Source: Escherichia coli
GTDB lineage: Bacteria > Pseudomonadota > Gammaproteobacteria > Enterobacterales > Enterobacteriaceae
NCBI RefSeq assembly: GCF_030384885.1
Contig: NZ_CP128613.1
Length of the DNA: 64,000 bases
Direction: 5' to 3' (one strand)
The position numbers and the translations under genes were made by a program. This document shows, one piece after another, positions 36,437 to 49,027 of this stretch. Each line of letters starts with the position of its first letter. Position 1 is the first letter of the stretch. Below the pieces are notes generated by a model that was given only the letters and a program-made list of their open reading frames with translations, was not told where the DNA came from and made no database searches.

Positions 36437-37693
36437 CTAAACGTTATCGTGGGGTGGCTGTTGCTTCGGACGATTGACCATCATCATCGGCTTACCTGCT
36501 AATAACAGCCATGCCGGAAGCATGACGATACAGAGCAGCGGTAGCAATGTGGTATTGGGTACAACGACTGCCGCCATAAAAAGACTTAACCAGCCATCGC
36601 GTGTTACCACCAGCACGATGCCGAGAATAGCGCAGGAAACGGTTATTGCCGCCGGGACAGCGGGAACGTGCTCATGCAGCATCAATCCTAATGCCACGCC
36701 GACAAACACTGCCGGGAATATTCGCCCACCGCGAAAGCCGCTGGCGGCAGCAACCACGAGAGCGGCAAGTTTAATCACCGCCAGCAAAAAGTAATCGCTG
36801 GTGCTGAAAGCCTGATTTGCCACCATCTGCTGCATCTCATCCAGCCCTTTAAATAGCGAAACCGGTCCAGCAATAACCCCCAGAATACCGAGAATAAATC
36901 CGCCAACTCCCAGCATTAGCACCGGATTTTTAATCTGATGCATCATCGCGTGCAACCGTGGCAGACACCATACGGCAACCATCCCTGCTGCGATGGCAAT
37001 CGCCGCCACAATTGCACCGCTGAGAATATCGGTCATCTCCATCTGCCCATAATGCGCAATGGGCAGCGAAAAATGAGGATGGAAAAACAATCCGGTGGTT
37101 AGCGCACCAGCCGCCGCCGCCATTAACGGCGCAAAGAGACGATCCCATAGCGGGACTTCACTACTGCCATTTAAGGTTTGCGAAAATATCAACGCCGCCG
37201 CAACAGGTGTGCCAAACAGCGCGCCGATAGTTCCGGCAGAGGCTAAAATAGTCCATTCCATCCGGTTGACGCGCGGTAACAGACGAGCGCCTATCGCAAC
37301 CGCAAGGGCGATATTGACGGTCATGATCGGATGTTCCGGCCCGAGACTGACGCCGCCAGCAAGACCAAGAATTAATGCTACGATAAGTCCTGGTAGCGCA
37401 GAGGGCGGAACGGGTGCGCCGATCAGCGGTTCACAGGCGGGGTCTGGTCCAGCATGCCCCTGGCTGAAACGGATAACCAACCCCACCGCAATACCTGTTA
37501 GCGTTAATATGGCGATGATCCAGAAAGGTGAATCCTGGGCTATCCCCAGAGTTCCCGGCAGTCGTTGCCAGAGCAAATTCTGTAATACCGAGGCGATTTT
37601 CATCACCACAATCAGAATAAGACTGGACGCAATCCCAATTGCCACGGCGGGGAGTGATAATAACAACATGGTTCTGGCTCGCGGATGGAGCAT
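36437..37693 (-). CDS. yfeO: ClC-family-like putative ion channel/transporter
   Basis: 418-aa polytopic membrane ORF. Confidence 0.7.
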   Translation of the reverse strand: MLHPRARTMLLLSLPAVAIGIASSLILIVVMKIASVLQNLLWQRLPGTLGIAQDSPFWIIAILTLTGIAVGLVIRFSQGHAGPDPACEPLIGAPVPPSALPGLIVALILGLAGGVSLGPEHPIMTVNIALAVAIGARLLPRVNRMEWTILASAGTIGALFGTPVAAALIFSQTLNGSSEVPLWDRLFAPLMAAAAGALTTGLFFHPHFSLPIAHYGQMEMTDILSGAIVAAIAIAAGMVAVWCLPRLHAMMHQIKNPVLMLGVGGFILGILGVIAGPVSLFKGLDEMQQMVANQAFSTSDYFLLAVIKLAALVVAAASGFRGGRIFPAVFVGVALGLMLHEHVPAVPAAITVSCAILGIVLVVTRDGWLSLFMAAVVVPNTTLLPLLCIVMLPAWLLLAGKPMMMVNRPKQQPPHDNV

Positions 37694-37896
37694 GTTCTAT
37701 TCCTTATGCAGGGTCAGATACTTAGTTTGCCCAGCTTGCTAAAAGGCATCGCTGCAATTGGTGCTGAAACGATAAAGTAATTGTGTGACCCAGATCGATA
37801 TTTACAGGGAGCCTGCCTTTCCGGCGTTGTTGTTATGCCCCCAGGTATTTACAGTGTGAGAAAGAATTATTTTGACTTTAGCGGAGCAGTTGAAGA

Positions 37897-38862
37897 ATGA
37901 CAAAGTATGCATTAGTCGGTGATGTGGGCGGCACCAACGCACGTCTTGCTCTGTGTGATATTGCCAGTGGTGAAATCTCGCAGGCTAAGACCTATTCAGG
38001 GCTTGATTACCCGAGCCTCGAAGCGGTCATTCGCGTTTATCTTGAAGAACATAAGGTCGAGGTGAAAGACGGCTGTATTGCCATCGCTTGCCCCATTACC
38101 GGTGACTGGGTGGCAATGACCAACCATACCTGGGCGTTCTCAATTGCCGAAATGAAAAAGAATCTCGGTTTTAGCCATCTGGAAATTATTAACGATTTTA
38201 CCGCTGTATCGATGGCGATCCCGATGCTGAAAAAAGAGCATCTGATTCAGTTTGGTGGCGCAGAACCAGTCGAAGGTAAGCCTATTGCGGTTTACGGTGC
38301 CGGAACGGGGCTTGGGGTTGCGCATCTGGTTCATGTTGATAAACGCTGGGTAAGCTTGCCAGGCGAAGGCGGTCACGTTGATTTTGCGCCGAATAGTGAA
38401 GAAGAGGCCATTATCCTCGAAATACTGCGTGCAGAAATTGGTCATGTTTCGGCAGAGCGCGTGCTTTCTGGCCCTGGTCTGGTGAATTTGTATCGCGCGA
38501 TTGTGAAAGCCGACAACCGCCTGCCAGAAAATCTCAAGCCAAAAGATATTACCGAACGTGCGCTGGCTGACAGCTGCACCGATTGCCGCCGCGCGTTGTC
38601 GCTGTTTTGCGTCATTATGGGCCGTTTTGGCGGCAATCTGGCGCTCAATCTCGGGACATTTGGCGGCGTGTTTATTGCCGGTGGTATCGTGCCGCGCTTC
38701 CTTGAGTTCTTCAAAGCCTCTGGTTTCCGTGCCGCATTTGAAGATAAAGGGCGCTTTAAAGAATATGTCCATGATATTCCGGTGTATCTCATCGTCCATG
38801 ACAATCCGGGCCTTCTCGGCTCCGGCGCACATTTACGCCAGACCTTAGGCCACATTCTGTAA
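37897..38862 (+). CDS. glk: Glucokinase
   Basis: 321-aa [24 protein letters not shown]... recognised as Glk. Confidence 0.95.
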   Translation: MTKYALVGDVGGTNARLALCDIASGEISQAKTYSGLDYPSLEAVIRVYLEEHKVEVKDGCIAIACPITGDWVAMTNHTWAFSIAEMKKNLGFSHLEIINDFTAVSMAIPMLKKEHLIQFGGAEPVEGKPIAVYGAGTGLGVAHLVHVDKRWVSLPGEGGHVDFAPNSEEEAIILEILRAEIGHVSAERVLSGPGLVNLYRAIVKADNRLPENLKPKDITERALADSCTDCRRALSLFCVIMGRFGGNLALNLGTFGGVFIAGGIVPRFLEFFKASGFRAAFEDKGRFKEYVHDIPVYLIVHDNPGLLGSGAHLRQTLGHIL

Positions 38863-39080
38863 ATCCTTCCTGTCAAATCGGGAGATAACTCTCCCGATAA
38901 TCTTTTAAATCAAACAGTTAATCCTATTTTTCTTTGTGTCCCCTCACAAGGCCGACCTGCGTCACACTTCCGTACAGCGGGATTAATTCTCCAGTAAATG
39001 CATTATTTGTCTGGTAACGGCGATTTGTTTTGCACGTTCATAATTTCACTCATCAACTATCACTGAACGAGGAATTAACG

Positions 39081-39407
39081 ATGAGTAAGAAACTGATTGC
39101 CTTATGTGCCTGCCCAATGGGCCTGGCTCACACCTTTATGGCCGCTCAGGCGCTGGAAGAAGCGGCGGTAGAAGCCGGTTATGAAGTGAAAATTGAAACC
39201 CAGGGTGCGGACGGCATCCAGAATCGTCTGACCGCGCAGGATATCGCCGAAGCGACCATCATCATCCACTCCGTGGCGGTTACCCCGGAAGATAACGAAC
39301 GTTTCGAATCACGCGACGTTTATGAAATCACTTTGCAGGACGCAATTAAAAACGCTGCGGGCATCATCAAAGAAATCGAAGAGATGATTGCCGCTGAACA
39401 ACAGTAA
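39081..39407 (+). CDS. fryB: PTS fructose-like EIIB component
   Basis: Track ORF trimmed to MSKKLIALCACPMGLAHTFMAAQ... giving 108 aa; EIIB-Fru CxxCP cysteine motif; gagg RBS. Confidence 0.8.
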   Translation: MSKKLIALCACPMGLAHTFMAAQALEEAAVEAGYEVKIETQGADGIQNRLTAQDIAEATIIIHSVAVTPEDNERFESRDVYEITLQDAIKNAAGIIKEIEEMIAAEQQ

Positions 39408-39428
39408 TATTCGACAGGGATAATTGTT

Positions 39429-40676
39429 ATGGCCATTAAAAAACGCAGTGCAACCGTTGTGCCTGGCGCATCCGGTGCGGCAGCGGCAATTAAGAATCCG
39501 CAGGCCTCTAAAACCAGCTTCTGGGGTGAGCTCCCGCAGCATGTGATGTCAGGGATTTCACGCATGGTGCCAACCTTAATTATGGGCGGTGTGATCCTCG
39601 CTTTCAGCCAGTTGATTGCTTATAGCTGGCTTAAAATTCCTGCGGATATCGGCATCATGGATGCTCTTAATAGCGGGAAATTCTCCGGTTTCGACCTCTC
39701 CTTACTGAAGTTTGCCTGGCTGTCACAGTCCTTTGGTGGCGTGCTGTTTGGCTTTGCCATACCGATGTTTGCCGCTTTTGTGGCGAACTCCATCGGCGGC
39801 AAACTGGCATTCCCGGCTGGTTTTATCGGCGGCTTGATGTCTACCCAGCCGACGCAACTGCTGAACTTCGATCCCAGCACGATGCAATGGGCGACCTCTT
39901 CGCCGGTGCCGTCCACCTTCATTGGTGCCCTGATTATTTCTATCGTTGCGGGTTACCTTGTGAAGTGGATGAACCAGAAAATCCAGTTACCGGATTTCCT
40001 GTTAGCGTTCAAAACCACATTTTTGCTACCGATTCTTTCCGCCATTTTTGTCATGCTGGCGATGTACTACGTCATCACCCCATTTGGTGGCTGGATCAAC
40101 GGCGGTATTCGTGCCGTGCTGACTGCCGCAGGTGAGAAGGGCGCGCTAATGTATGCGATGGGTATCGCAGCAGCGACAGCAATCGACCTTGGTGGCCCGA
40201 TCAACAAAGCAGCAGGTTTCGTTGCCTTCAGCTTTACCACTGACCACGTATTACCGGTCACCGCACGTTCTATCGCTATCGTTATTCCACCGATTGGTCT
40301 GGGTCTGGCGACCATTATTGACCGTCGTTTAACCGGCAAACGCCTGTTCAACGCTCAGCTTTATCCGCAGGGTAAAACCGCCATGTTCCTTGCCTTTATG
40401 GGGATCAGTGAGGGTGCGATTCCGTTTGCGCTGGAAAGCCCCATCACCGCTATTCCGTCCTATATGGTTGGCGCGATTGTCGGCTCAACCGCCGCTGTCT
40501 GGCTGGGTGCAGTTCAATGGTTCCCGGAATCTGCTATCTGGGCATGGCCGCTGGTCACTAACCTCGGTGTCTATATGGCGGGGATCGCGCTGGGAGCAAT
40601 CATTACTGCGCTGATGGTGGTGTTCCTGCGTCTGATGATGTTCCGTAAAGGCAAATTGTTAATCGATAGCCTGTAA
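39429..40676 (+). CDS. fryC: PTS fructose-like EIIC component
   Basis: 415-aa polytopic membrane ORF downstream of fryB. Confidence 0.8.
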   Translation: MAIKKRSATVVPGASGAAAAIKNPQASKTSFWGELPQHVMSGISRMVPTLIMGGVILAFSQLIAYSWLKIPADIGIMDALNSGKFSGFDLSLLKFAWLSQSFGGVLFGFAIPMFAAFVANSIGGKLAFPAGFIGGLMSTQPTQLLNFDPSTMQWATSSPVPSTFIGALIISIVAGYLVKWMNQKIQLPDFLLAFKTTFLLPILSAIFVMLAMYYVITPFGGWINGGIRAVLTAAGEKGALMYAMGIAAATAIDLGGPINKAAGFVAFSFTTDHVLPVTARSIAIVIPPIGLGLATIIDRRLTGKRLFNAQLYPQGKTAMFLAFMGISEGAIPFALESPITAIPSYMVGAIVGSTAAVWLGAVQWFPESAIWAWPLVTNLGVYMAGIALGAIITALMVVFLRLMMFRKGKLLIDSL

Positions 40677-40690
40677 GAAGGACAATCCAG

Positions 40691-41776
40691 ATGACATTAC
40701 TCGCTTCGCTGCGCGACTGGCTTAAGGCGCAACAACTGGATGCAGTGCTTCTCTCCTCACGGCAGAACAAACAGCCGCATCTGGGGATCTCCACCGGATC
40801 AGGTTATGTGCTGATTAGTCGTGAAAGTGCGCACATTCTGGTGGATTCGCGCTATTACGCGGATGTAGAAGCCCGCACCCAGGGCTACCAGCTGCATTTG
40901 CTTGATGCGACGCACACGCTTACCACTATCGTCAGGCAAATCATTGCCGATGAGCAGTTGCAAACGCTCGGTTTTGAAGGCCAGCAGGTAAGTTGGGAAA
41001 CCGCGCACCGCTGGCAGTCTGAACTCAATGCGAAACTGGTAAGCGCCACGCCGGATGTGCTGCGGCAAATCAAAACGCCAGAGGAGGTGGAGAAAATCCG
41101 CCTCGCCTGTGGGATTGCCGATCGCGGTGCAGAGCATATTCGCCGCTTTATTCAGGCGGGGATGAGCGAATGCGAGATAGCCGCTGAACTGGAGTGGTTT
41201 ATGCGCCAGCAGGGCGCAGAAAAAGCCTCTTTCGATACCATTGTCGCCAGTGGCTGGCGTGGGGCGCTGCCGCACGGCAAAGCCAGCGACAAGATTGTTG
41301 CAGCGGGCGAGTTTGTCACTCTTGATTTTGGTGCGCTGTATCAGGGCTACTGCTCTGATATGACGCGTACCTTGCTGGTGAATGGCGAAGGGGTGAGCGC
41401 CGAATCTCACCCGCTGTTTGATGTGTATAACATTGTCCTGCAGGCACAGCTCGCGGCAATCTCCGCGATTCGCCCCGGCGTGCGCTGCCAACAGGTTGAC
41501 GACGCCGCGCGCCGGATCATTACAGAAGCCGGTTATGGTGACTATTTTGGTCACAACACTGGTCATGCCATCGGCATTGAAGTCCATGAAGAGCCGCGTT
41601 TTTCACCGCAGGACACCACGACGCTACAGCCAGGGATGTTACTGACCGTGGAGCCGGGGATTTATTTGCCAGGGCGAGGTGGCGTGCGCATCGAAGATGT
41701 CGTGCTGGTTACCCCGCAAGGCGCGGAAGTGCTCTACGCCATGCCAAAAACAGTGTTGCTCACGGGAGAGGCATAA
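40691..41776 (+). CDS. ypdF: Xaa-Pro aminopeptidase (M24 family)
   Basis: 361-aa ORF with M24 metal-ligand motifs ([13 protein letters not shown]). Confidence 0.8.
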   Translation: MTLLASLRDWLKAQQLDAVLLSSRQNKQPHLGISTGSGYVLISRESAHILVDSRYYADVEARTQGYQLHLLDATHTLTTIVRQIIADEQLQTLGFEGQQVSWETAHRWQSELNAKLVSATPDVLRQIKTPEEVEKIRLACGIADRGAEHIRRFIQAGMSECEIAAELEWFMRQQGAEKASFDTIVASGWRGALPHGKASDKIVAAGEFVTLDFGALYQGYCSDMTRTLLVNGEGVSAESHPLFDVYNIVLQAQLAAISAIRPGVRCQQVDDAARRIITEAGYGDYFGHNTGHAIGIEVHEEPRFSPQDTTTLQPGMLLTVEPGIYLPGRGGVRIEDVVLVTPQGAEVLYAMPKTVLLTGEA

Positions 41777-42813
41777 TGGATTTATCGCTATTAAAAGCGT
41801 TGAGCGAGGCAGATGCGATCGCCTCCTCGGAACAGGAAGTGCGGCAGATCCTGCTGGATGAAGCGGATCGACTGCAAAAAGAAGTGCGATTTGATGGCCT
41901 GGGATCGGTGCTGATCCGCCTCAATGAATCGACAGGTCCGAAGGTGATGATCTGTGCGCATATGGACGAAGTGGGATTTATGGTGCGTAGCATCTCCCGC
42001 GAAGGGGCGATTGATGTCCTGCCAGTTGGCAATGTGCGCATGGCTGCCCGCCAGCTTCAGCCAGTACGGATCACTACTCGTGAAGAGTGCAAAATTCCCG
42101 GTTTGCTCGATGGCGAACGGCAGGGGAATGACGTCAGCGCCATGCGCGTGGACATTGGTGCGCGCTCGTATGACGAAGTGATGCAGGCAGGTATTCGTCC
42201 GGGCGATCGTGTCACGTTTGATACCACTTTTCAGGTTCTCCCTCACCAGCGAGTGATGGGTAAAGCCTTTGATGACCGCCTCGGTTGCTACCTGCTGGTG
42301 ACGTTACTACGTGAGCTGCACAACGCCGAGCTGCCTGCGGAAGTGTGGCTGGTGGCAAGTTCCAGCGAAGAGGTGGGATTACGCGGCGGGCAAACCGCCA
42401 CCCGCGCGGTGTCGCCGGACATCGCCATTGTGCTTGATACCGCCTGCTGGGCGAAAAACTTTGATTATGGCGCGGCTAACCATCGCCAGATTGGTAACGG
42501 CCCGATGCTGGTGTTAAGCGACAAGTCGCTGATTGCGCCGCCAAAACTTACCGCGTGGATCGAAACCGTCGCGGCAGAAATTGGCGTGCCGTTGCAGGCC
42601 GATATGTTCAGCAACGGCGGAACGGACGGCGGGGCGGTGCATTTAACCGGCACTGGCGTACCCACAGTGGTGATGGGGCCAGCAACCCGCCACGGACATT
42701 GCGCCGCATCGATTGCCGACTGCCGCGACATTTTGCAGATGCAGCAGCTTTTATCTGCCCTTATTCAACGTCTTACCCGTGAGACGGTTGTTCAACTGAC
42801 GGATTTCAGATGA
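41776..42813 (+). CDS. ypdE: M42-family aminopeptidase
   Basis: 345-aa ORF; start overlaps ypdF stop. Confidence 0.8.
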   Translation: MDLSLLKALSEADAIASSEQEVRQILLDEADRLQKEVRFDGLGSVLIRLNESTGPKVMICAHMDEVGFMVRSISREGAIDVLPVGNVRMAARQLQPVRITTREECKIPGLLDGERQGNDVSAMRVDIGARSYDEVMQAGIRPGDRVTFDTTFQVLPHQRVMGKAFDDRLGCYLLVTLLRELHNAELPAEVWLVASSSEEVGLRGGQTATRAVSPDIAIVLDTACWAKNFDYGAANHRQIGNGPMLVLSDKSLIAPPKLTAWIETVAAEIGVPLQADMFSNGGTDGGAVHLTGTGVPTVVMGPATRHGHCAASIADCRDILQMQQLLSALIQRLTRETVVQLTDFR

Positions 42814-42837
42814 TCTCCTGATTAACCCGGAGCGGTT

Positions 42838-45333
42838 ATGTTAACGATTCAATTTCTCTGTCCTTTGCCAAACGGCCTGCATGCTCGTCCGGCGTGGGAA
42901 CTTAAAGAGCAGTGCAGCCAGTGGCAAAGCGAAATCATCTTCATTAACCATCGCCAGAACGTAAAGGCCGATGCCAAAAGTTCGCTGGCGCTGATTGGCA
43001 CCGGCACCTTATTTAATGACAGTTGCAGCCTGAACATTAGCGGCAGCGATGAAGAGCAGGCGCGGCGCGTGCTGGAAGAGTACATCCAGGTGCGCTTTAT
43101 CGACAGCGACAGCGTCCAGCCGACGCAGGCAGAACTGACGGCACATCCACTGCCGCGTTCATTAAGCCGCCTGAACCCTGATTTACTGTACGGCAATGTG
43201 CTGGCAAGCGGCGTCGGCGTGGGTACGTTGACCCTGCTACAGAGCAACAGCCTCGACAGTTATCGGGCAATCCCGGCTAGTGCGCAAGACTCCACCTGGC
43301 TGGAACACAGCCTGGCAACGCTTGCCGAGCAACTGAACCAGCAGTTGCGCGAGCGTGACGGCGAAAGCAAAACTATCCTCAGCGCCCATTTATCGCTGAT
43401 TCAGGATGATGAATTTGCAGGGAATATCCGTCGCCTGATGGCAGAACAGCATCAGGGGCTGGGGGCTGCGATCATCAGCAATATGGAGCAGGTTTGCGCC
43501 AAGCTTTCTGCCTCTGCCAGCGATTATCTGCGCGAGCGGGTCAGCGACATTCGTGATATCAGCGAACAATTGCTGCATATCACCTGGCCGGAACTGAAGC
43601 CGCGTAATAATCTGGTGCTCGAAAAACCGACCATTCTGGTGGCTGAAGATTTAACCCCTAGCCAGTTTTTGAGCCTCAATTTAAAAAATCTTGCGGGCAT
43701 GATTCTGGAGAAAACCGGGCGCACCTCGCATACTCTGATTCTGGCCCGCGCCTCGGCGATCCCCGTACTGAGCGGCCTGCCGCTGGATGCCATTGCTCGC
43801 TATGCCGGGCAACCGGCGGTGCTTGACGCCCAGTGCGGCGTGCTGGCTATTAATCCTGATGACGCGGTGGGTGGTTATTATCAGGTTGCGCAGACGCTGG
43901 CGGATAAACGCCAGAAACAACAGGCGCAGGCCGCCGCGCAGCTGGCCTATTCCCGTGATAACAAGCGCATTGATATCGCGGCGAATATTGGCACCGCTCT
44001 GGAAGCGCCTGGCGCGTTTGCCAACGGCGCGGAAGGTGTCGGGCTGTTTCGTACCGAAATGCTCTATATGGAGCGCGACAGTGCGCCGGACGAACAGGAA
44101 CAGTTTGAAGCATACCAACAGGTGCTACTGGCGGCGGGCGACAAGCCGATTATTTTCCGCACGATGGACATCGGCGGCGATAAAAGCATTCCTTACCTCA
44201 ACATTCCCCAGGAAGAGAACCCGTTCCTCGGCTATCGCGCGGTACGAATTTACCCGGAATTTGCTGGCCTGTTCCGCACTCAACTGCGGGCTATTTTGCG
44301 TGCCGCCAGTTTCGGCAACGCCCAGCTGATGATCCCGATGGTTCACAGCCTCGATCAGATCTTATGGGTGAAGGGCGAGATCCAAAAAGCGATCGTTGAG
44401 CTTAAACGCGATGGCCTGCGTCATGCAGAGTCGATTACGCTGGGTATCATGGTGGAAGTACCGTCGGTGTGCTACATCATCGACCACTTCTGCGATGAGG
44501 TCGATTTCTTCAGTATCGGTTCTAACGATATGACCCAGTATCTGTATGCGGTCGATCGTAATAACCCGCGCGTATCGCCGCTGTATAACCCGATTACGCC
44601 ATCGTTCCTGCGCATGTTGCAGCAGATTGTTACCACTGCGCATCAGCGCGGCAAATGGGTAGGTATTTGCGGTGAACTGGGCGGTGAAAGTCGTTATCTG
44701 CCGCTACTGCTTGGACTGGGCCTGGATGAGCTGAGTATGAGTAGCCCGCGTATTCCGGCGGTGAAAAGCCAGCTTCGTCAACTGGATAGCGAGGCGTGTC
44801 GGGAACTGGCGCGTCAGGCATGTGAATGCCGCAGTGCGCAGGAAATTGAAGCGTTACTCACCGCCTTTACGCCGGAAGAAGACGTTCGCCCACTGCTGGC
44901 GCTGGAGAATATCTTTGTTGATCAGGCCTTTAGCAATAAAGAGCAGGCGATCCAGTTCCTGTGCGGCAACCTTGGCGTTAACGGGCGTACTGAACATCCG
45001 TTTGAGCTGGAAGAAGATGTCTGGCAGCGGGAAGAGATTGTCACTACTGGCGTTGGTTTTGGCGTGGCGATCCCGCACACCAAATCTCAGTGGATCCGTC
45101 ATTCCAGTATCAGCATTGCCCGGCTGGTGAAACCGGTTGACTGGCAGTCAGAAATGGGCGAAGTCGAACTGGTGATCATGCTGACGCTGGGCGCTAACGA
45201 AGGGATGAACCATGTGAAAGTCTTCTCGCAGCTGGCGCGCAAACTGGTGAATAAAAACTTCCGCCAGTCGTTGTTTGCCGCGCAAGATGCACAAAGCATC
45301 CTGACGCTGCTGGAAACGGAATTAACCTTCTGA
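42838..45333 (+). CDS. fryA: PTS multiphosphoryl transfer protein (fused HPr-like, enzyme I-like and EIIA domains)
   Basis: 831-aa ORF; N-terminal HPr-like segment (GLHARPA), central region paralogous to ptsI in this same window, C-terminal EIIA-Fru-like domain. Confidence 0.85.
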   Translation: MLTIQFLCPLPNGLHARPAWELKEQCSQWQSEIIFINHRQNVKADAKSSLALIGTGTLFNDSCSLNISGSDEEQARRVLEEYIQVRFIDSDSVQPTQAELTAHPLPRSLSRLNPDLLYGNVLASGVGVGTLTLLQSNSLDSYRAIPASAQDSTWLEHSLATLAEQLNQQLRERDGESKTILSAHLSLIQDDEFAGNIRRLMAEQHQGLGAAIISNMEQVCAKLSASASDYLRERVSDIRDISEQLLHITWPELKPRNNLVLEKPTILVAEDLTPSQFLSLNLKNLAGMILEKTGRTSHTLILARASAIPVLSGLPLDAIARYAGQPAVLDAQCGVLAINPDDAVGGYYQVAQTLADKRQKQQAQAAAQLAYSRDNKRIDIAANIGTALEAPGAFANGAEGVGLFRTEMLYMERDSAPDEQEQFEAYQQVLLAAGDKPIIFRTMDIGGDKSIPYLNIPQEENPFLGYRAVRIYPEFAGLFRTQLRAILRAASFGNAQLMIPMVHSLDQILWVKGEIQKAIVELKRDGLRHAESITLGIMVEVPSVCYIIDHFCDEVDFFSIGSNDMTQYLYAVDRNNPRVSPLYNPITPSFLRMLQQIVTTAHQRGKWVGICGELGGESRYLPLLLGLGLDELSMSSPRIPAVKSQLRQLDSEACRELARQACECRSAQEIEALLTAFTPEEDVRPLLALENIFVDQAFSNKEQAIQFLCGNLGVNGRTEHPFELEEDVWQREEIVTTGVGFGVAIPHTKSQWIRHSSISIARLVKPVDWQSEMGEVELVIMLTLGANEGMNHVKVFSQLARKLVNKNFRQSLFAAQDAQSILTLLETELTF

Positions 45334-45335
45334 CG

Positions 45336-46193
45336 TTAGCCCTGAAAACGGGCGCTGTACTCTCCCGGCGTCAGGCCAAACTGACGCCGGAAGACGCGAC
45401 AAAAATAGTCGCTGTCCGGAAAGCCGCAACGCTGCGCCACTTCATGAATCGACAGATGATATTTCTGCAAAATCATCCTCGCCTTCGCCATTCGCACCCA
45501 ACGCACATATTCGATAAAACGCATTGTTCCATGCTGCGCAAACAGTTTTGACAGATGATTGGGCGTGATATTAAAAAACTGCGCCACGTTCTCACGGGTG
45601 AGCGGCTGGGCATAATTATCCTGAACCCAGTTACAAATGCTGTGATAGAGAAAATCGCCGCGCGGCTGCGAATTACCCGGCGGCATATTCACCACGTTGC
45701 GGCAAAGATGCAGCAAACTTAACACCAGCGGCTGAATGATATTCTGCTCCAGCGGCGAACGGCTAAGATGGGTGAGGGCAGTAAGCATTGCTTCACCTTC
45801 GCCGCGTTGCAGGCTGGGAAGTTGGATCTGGCGAACCGGATGCAACAACGACGTGGTGCGGCTATCGTAATACGATAAACCAAGCCAGGTCGGCGCGAAC
45901 ACCAGACTTAACAGCATTACCGGTTTGTTGTTGACCGGTAAATTAGCCGCGCGCGCTGGAATAAACAGCATTTCTCCTTCCACCATACGTTGTTGCTTTG
46001 CTTCCAGCTGATTGCCGTATTCGCCGCGTAGCACGATATCCAGACGGGGAAAATCAATACATAAACTGCCCACTGGCAATGAGGCGGGCTGGCTGGCAAA
46101 CCAGACGCGCCCAAGGAGTTGCGGGTTAAGCACCAGGCCGCTGAACAGATCGGCGAAAAATTGTTGATCGGCGGGCAAGCCTGTTGCTTTCAT
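45336..46193 (-). CDS. ypdC: AraC-family transcriptional regulator
   Basis: 285-aa ORF with C-terminal AraC-type HTH. Confidence 0.75.
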   Translation of the reverse strand: MKATGLPADQQFFADLFSGLVLNPQLLGRVWFASQPASLPVGSLCIDFPRLDIVLRGEYGNQLEAKQQRMVEGEMLFIPARAANLPVNNKPVMLLSLVFAPTWLGLSYYDSRTTSLLHPVRQIQLPSLQRGEGEAMLTALTHLSRSPLEQNIIQPLVLSLLHLCRNVVNMPPGNSQPRGDFLYHSICNWVQDNYAQPLTRENVAQFFNITPNHLSKLFAQHGTMRFIEYVRWVRMAKARMILQKYHLSIHEVAQRCGFPDSDYFCRVFRRQFGLTPGEYSARFQG

Positions 46194-46204
46194 GAAAATC
46201 CCGA

Positions 46205-46939
46205 TTACAGATGCATTAACTGCCTGAATTCTTTTACTTTGCTACGGCTGACCGGCACTTCAAAATCCAGATCTTTCAGTCGCAGAATGTAGGTGTTATT
46301 AAACCACGGTTCGATTTCGCGGATTTTGTTCAGATTGACACAAAATGAGCGATGGCAGCGGAAAAAATGCGACGGCGGCAGCTTGCTGCAAAACTCGGTA
46401 ATGTTCATCGGCATTACGTAGGATTCACGCCGCGTATAGACAAAGGTCATTTTCTCGTGCGCTTCGGCGTAATAGATATCGTTAATTGGCGTGACGATGA
46501 TTCGCTCATCTTTCACCAGATTAATGGTGTCATTCTCACGCGTTACCGTCGCGGCAGGCGTACTGCTGGTCTGCTGTTGTTGCCAGGCTGCTTCCAGTTT
46601 TTGCAGCATCCCGGTAATGCGTGATTCCTGATACGGTTTGAGAATGTAGTCAAACGCTTCCAGTTCAAACGCTTCTACCGCATGTTCTTTCCACGCGGTG
46701 ATGAACACAATAAACGGTTTATGGGCGAACTGGCTGATGTTTTGCGCCAGCAACACACCATCCAGCGACGGAATATTGATATCCAGAAAAATGGCGTCGA
46801 CGCGGTTATGCTGCAAAAACTTCAACACGTCCAGACCGTCGTCAAAGGTGCCGACAATCTCCATCTGGCTGTGCTCTTTAATTAGCCAGCTCAGTTCCTG
46901 TTGTGCCAGGAATTCGTCTTCAACAATGATGACTTTCAC
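46205..46939 (-). CDS. ypdB: LytTR-family response regulator
   Basis: Track ORF (TTG start) trimmed to GTG giving MKVIIVEDEF...; receiver domain plus LytTR DNA-binding domain; 244 aa. Confidence 0.8.
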   Translation of the reverse strand: MKVIIVEDEFLAQQELSWLIKEHSQMEIVGTFDDGLDVLKFLQHNRVDAIFLDINIPSLDGVLLAQNISQFAHKPFIVFITAWKEHAVEAFELEAFDYILKPYQESRITGMLQKLEAAWQQQQTSSTPAATVTRENDTINLVKDERIIVTPINDIYYAEAHEKMTFVYTRRESYVMPMNITEFCSKLPPSHFFRCHRSFCVNLNKIREIEPWFNNTYILRLKDLDFEVPVSRSKVKEFRQLMHL

Positions 46940-46953
46940 AATATCACTCCGGC

Positions 46954-48651
46954 TCAAAGCAATAACGTAGCCTGTGAGGCGACAGGGGTGCGTTGGTTAG
47001 GAATGTAAAACGCAATTTCCGTTCCTGGTTCCAGGCGGCGGATATGCAGCCCCTCGCCATACAATAACTTCACGCGATGATGGACATTCAGCAGGCCAAT
47101 TTTATTGCCCGGCATTTCGTTCGCTTCGACCCGCTCAATGACTTTTGGATCGATGCCGTGCCCGGTATCTCGCACCGCAATGCGTACCCGATTACCGCAC
47201 TCTGCAACGCTGATGGTGACAACGCCTTTACCTTTGCAAGGCTGAATACCGTGGACAATGGCGTTCTCCACTAAAGGCTGGATCAGCAGGCTGGGAATGC
47301 AGCAATTCACCTCTTCATCAATATCATAGATAACCGTCAGCTTGTCGCCAAAGCGGGCCTGCTCAATGGCAATATAGTCTTTAATTTGATACAGCTCTTT
47401 TTTGATATCGATTTGCTCATCGTCTTTTAATTCAATGTTATAGCGCAGATAACGCGACAGATTAAAGATCAGCTGGCGAGCGGTATCCGGATTCAGACGG
47501 ATCGACGATGAGATAGCATTCAGAGCATTAAACAGGAAATGGGGATTAATTTTGCTTTGCAGAGCGCGAAGCTCTGCCTTATTTGCCATTTCACGTAGTT
47601 GCTCGGCGCGTGAAACCTCCAGTTGGGTGGAGATGATTTGCGACAGACCGACCGCCATTTCCTGTAATGACGAGGTGATCTGATGTGCGTGGCAGTAGTA
47701 AATTTTCAGCGTCCCGGTCACGACCCCTTTCTCCCAAAGCGGGATCACCAGCATCGAGTGGATTTCCGGTGTACGGTGGGCTTCATCATTGTTTTTAATA
47801 ATGATTTTTCCGTAATTCATTGCCTGACGCGTTGTTGGGCTGATGAAATCATCGCCATTCTGATAGTTGTGTTCACCTACGCCAACATAGGCCAGCACAT
47901 GATCGGTGTTGGTAATCGCTACCGCATCGGCGTGAATATCATCGCGGATAATTTCACAAACTTTGCGTAATGACTCGCTATTGACATGGCGAAACAGCGG
48001 CAGCGTTTTGTTGGCGATATCCAGCGCCAGCTTGGCCTGCCGCGCGGCGCTGGCCTCTTTTTCGCCCTCAACGCTTTGTACCAGCAACACAATAAAGCCG
48101 ATACAAACGCTGCCGAGGATCATCGGAATCCCGATTTTGGAGACGATATCAATCCCCAGTGCAGTGGTGGGTGCCCAGACAATCACCAGGATCATCGTCA
48201 ACGTTTCACATAACATGCCACCGAGAATACCGACGCGCCAGCGCTGTGCTTTGGGGATTTTCAGGTTGATCCAGCCTGATATGCAACCCGCGAGAATACT
48301 GGTGATAAAGCACGGAATTGCCGTCACGCCGCCGATGTCGATTAAATAACGGTGAATACCCGCAATCACACCGGTAATGATGCCTACCCACGGGCCAAAT
48401 AGAATTCCGCCTGACATCACCGCGATAATACGCACATTAACCAGCGAGCCTTCTACGGGCACGCCGGACCAGGTGCTGAACAGGGCGAACAGCGAGAAAA
48501 TGGCGGTAACGGCGAGCAGCTCTTTTGGGGAGTGCGCCGACTTGTGCAACAGTTCGCGAAACAGGCGGATACGGATGAGAAAGAACAGGCAGATAAGCAT
48601 TAACGCTGCCCGATCGAAGACCGCCAGCAGCATGTTGAATATTTCGTGCAC
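46954..48651 (-). CDS. ypdA: LytS-type sensor histidine kinase
   Basis: 565-aa ORF with multi-TM sensing domain, GAF-like region and HisKA_3/HATPase domains. Confidence 0.8.
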
Positions 48652-49027
48652 GGGTGACTCTGAATAAGGATTAAACCTCTATGATAGGTAACCTGAAGGC
48701 CGATGACCAGCAGGCCGTTTTTGAGGAAAGACCACAATTTTAAAAGGGGATTGAAAGTTAAATGGTGTATTAGCAATGCATCTCTTAATAATGCATATCT
48801 GTTTGGTAAATTTATTGAAATTATAATGTTAATAAATTGAGTGGTAATTTTCTTGTTAGCGTAGATAAATTTCCTGTTTTTAAAGCGGAGTTCCTCATTT
48901 AAGGCTATTAACAAAAATGTTCTAAAACGCTGGACAGACAGAAATTAATCAGGCTATTTTCAAAACAGCCACCATCGTGGCAGCGTCGCTCGGACGGTCC
49001 GGGCGCTCACGTTAATCTGAGGAAATT

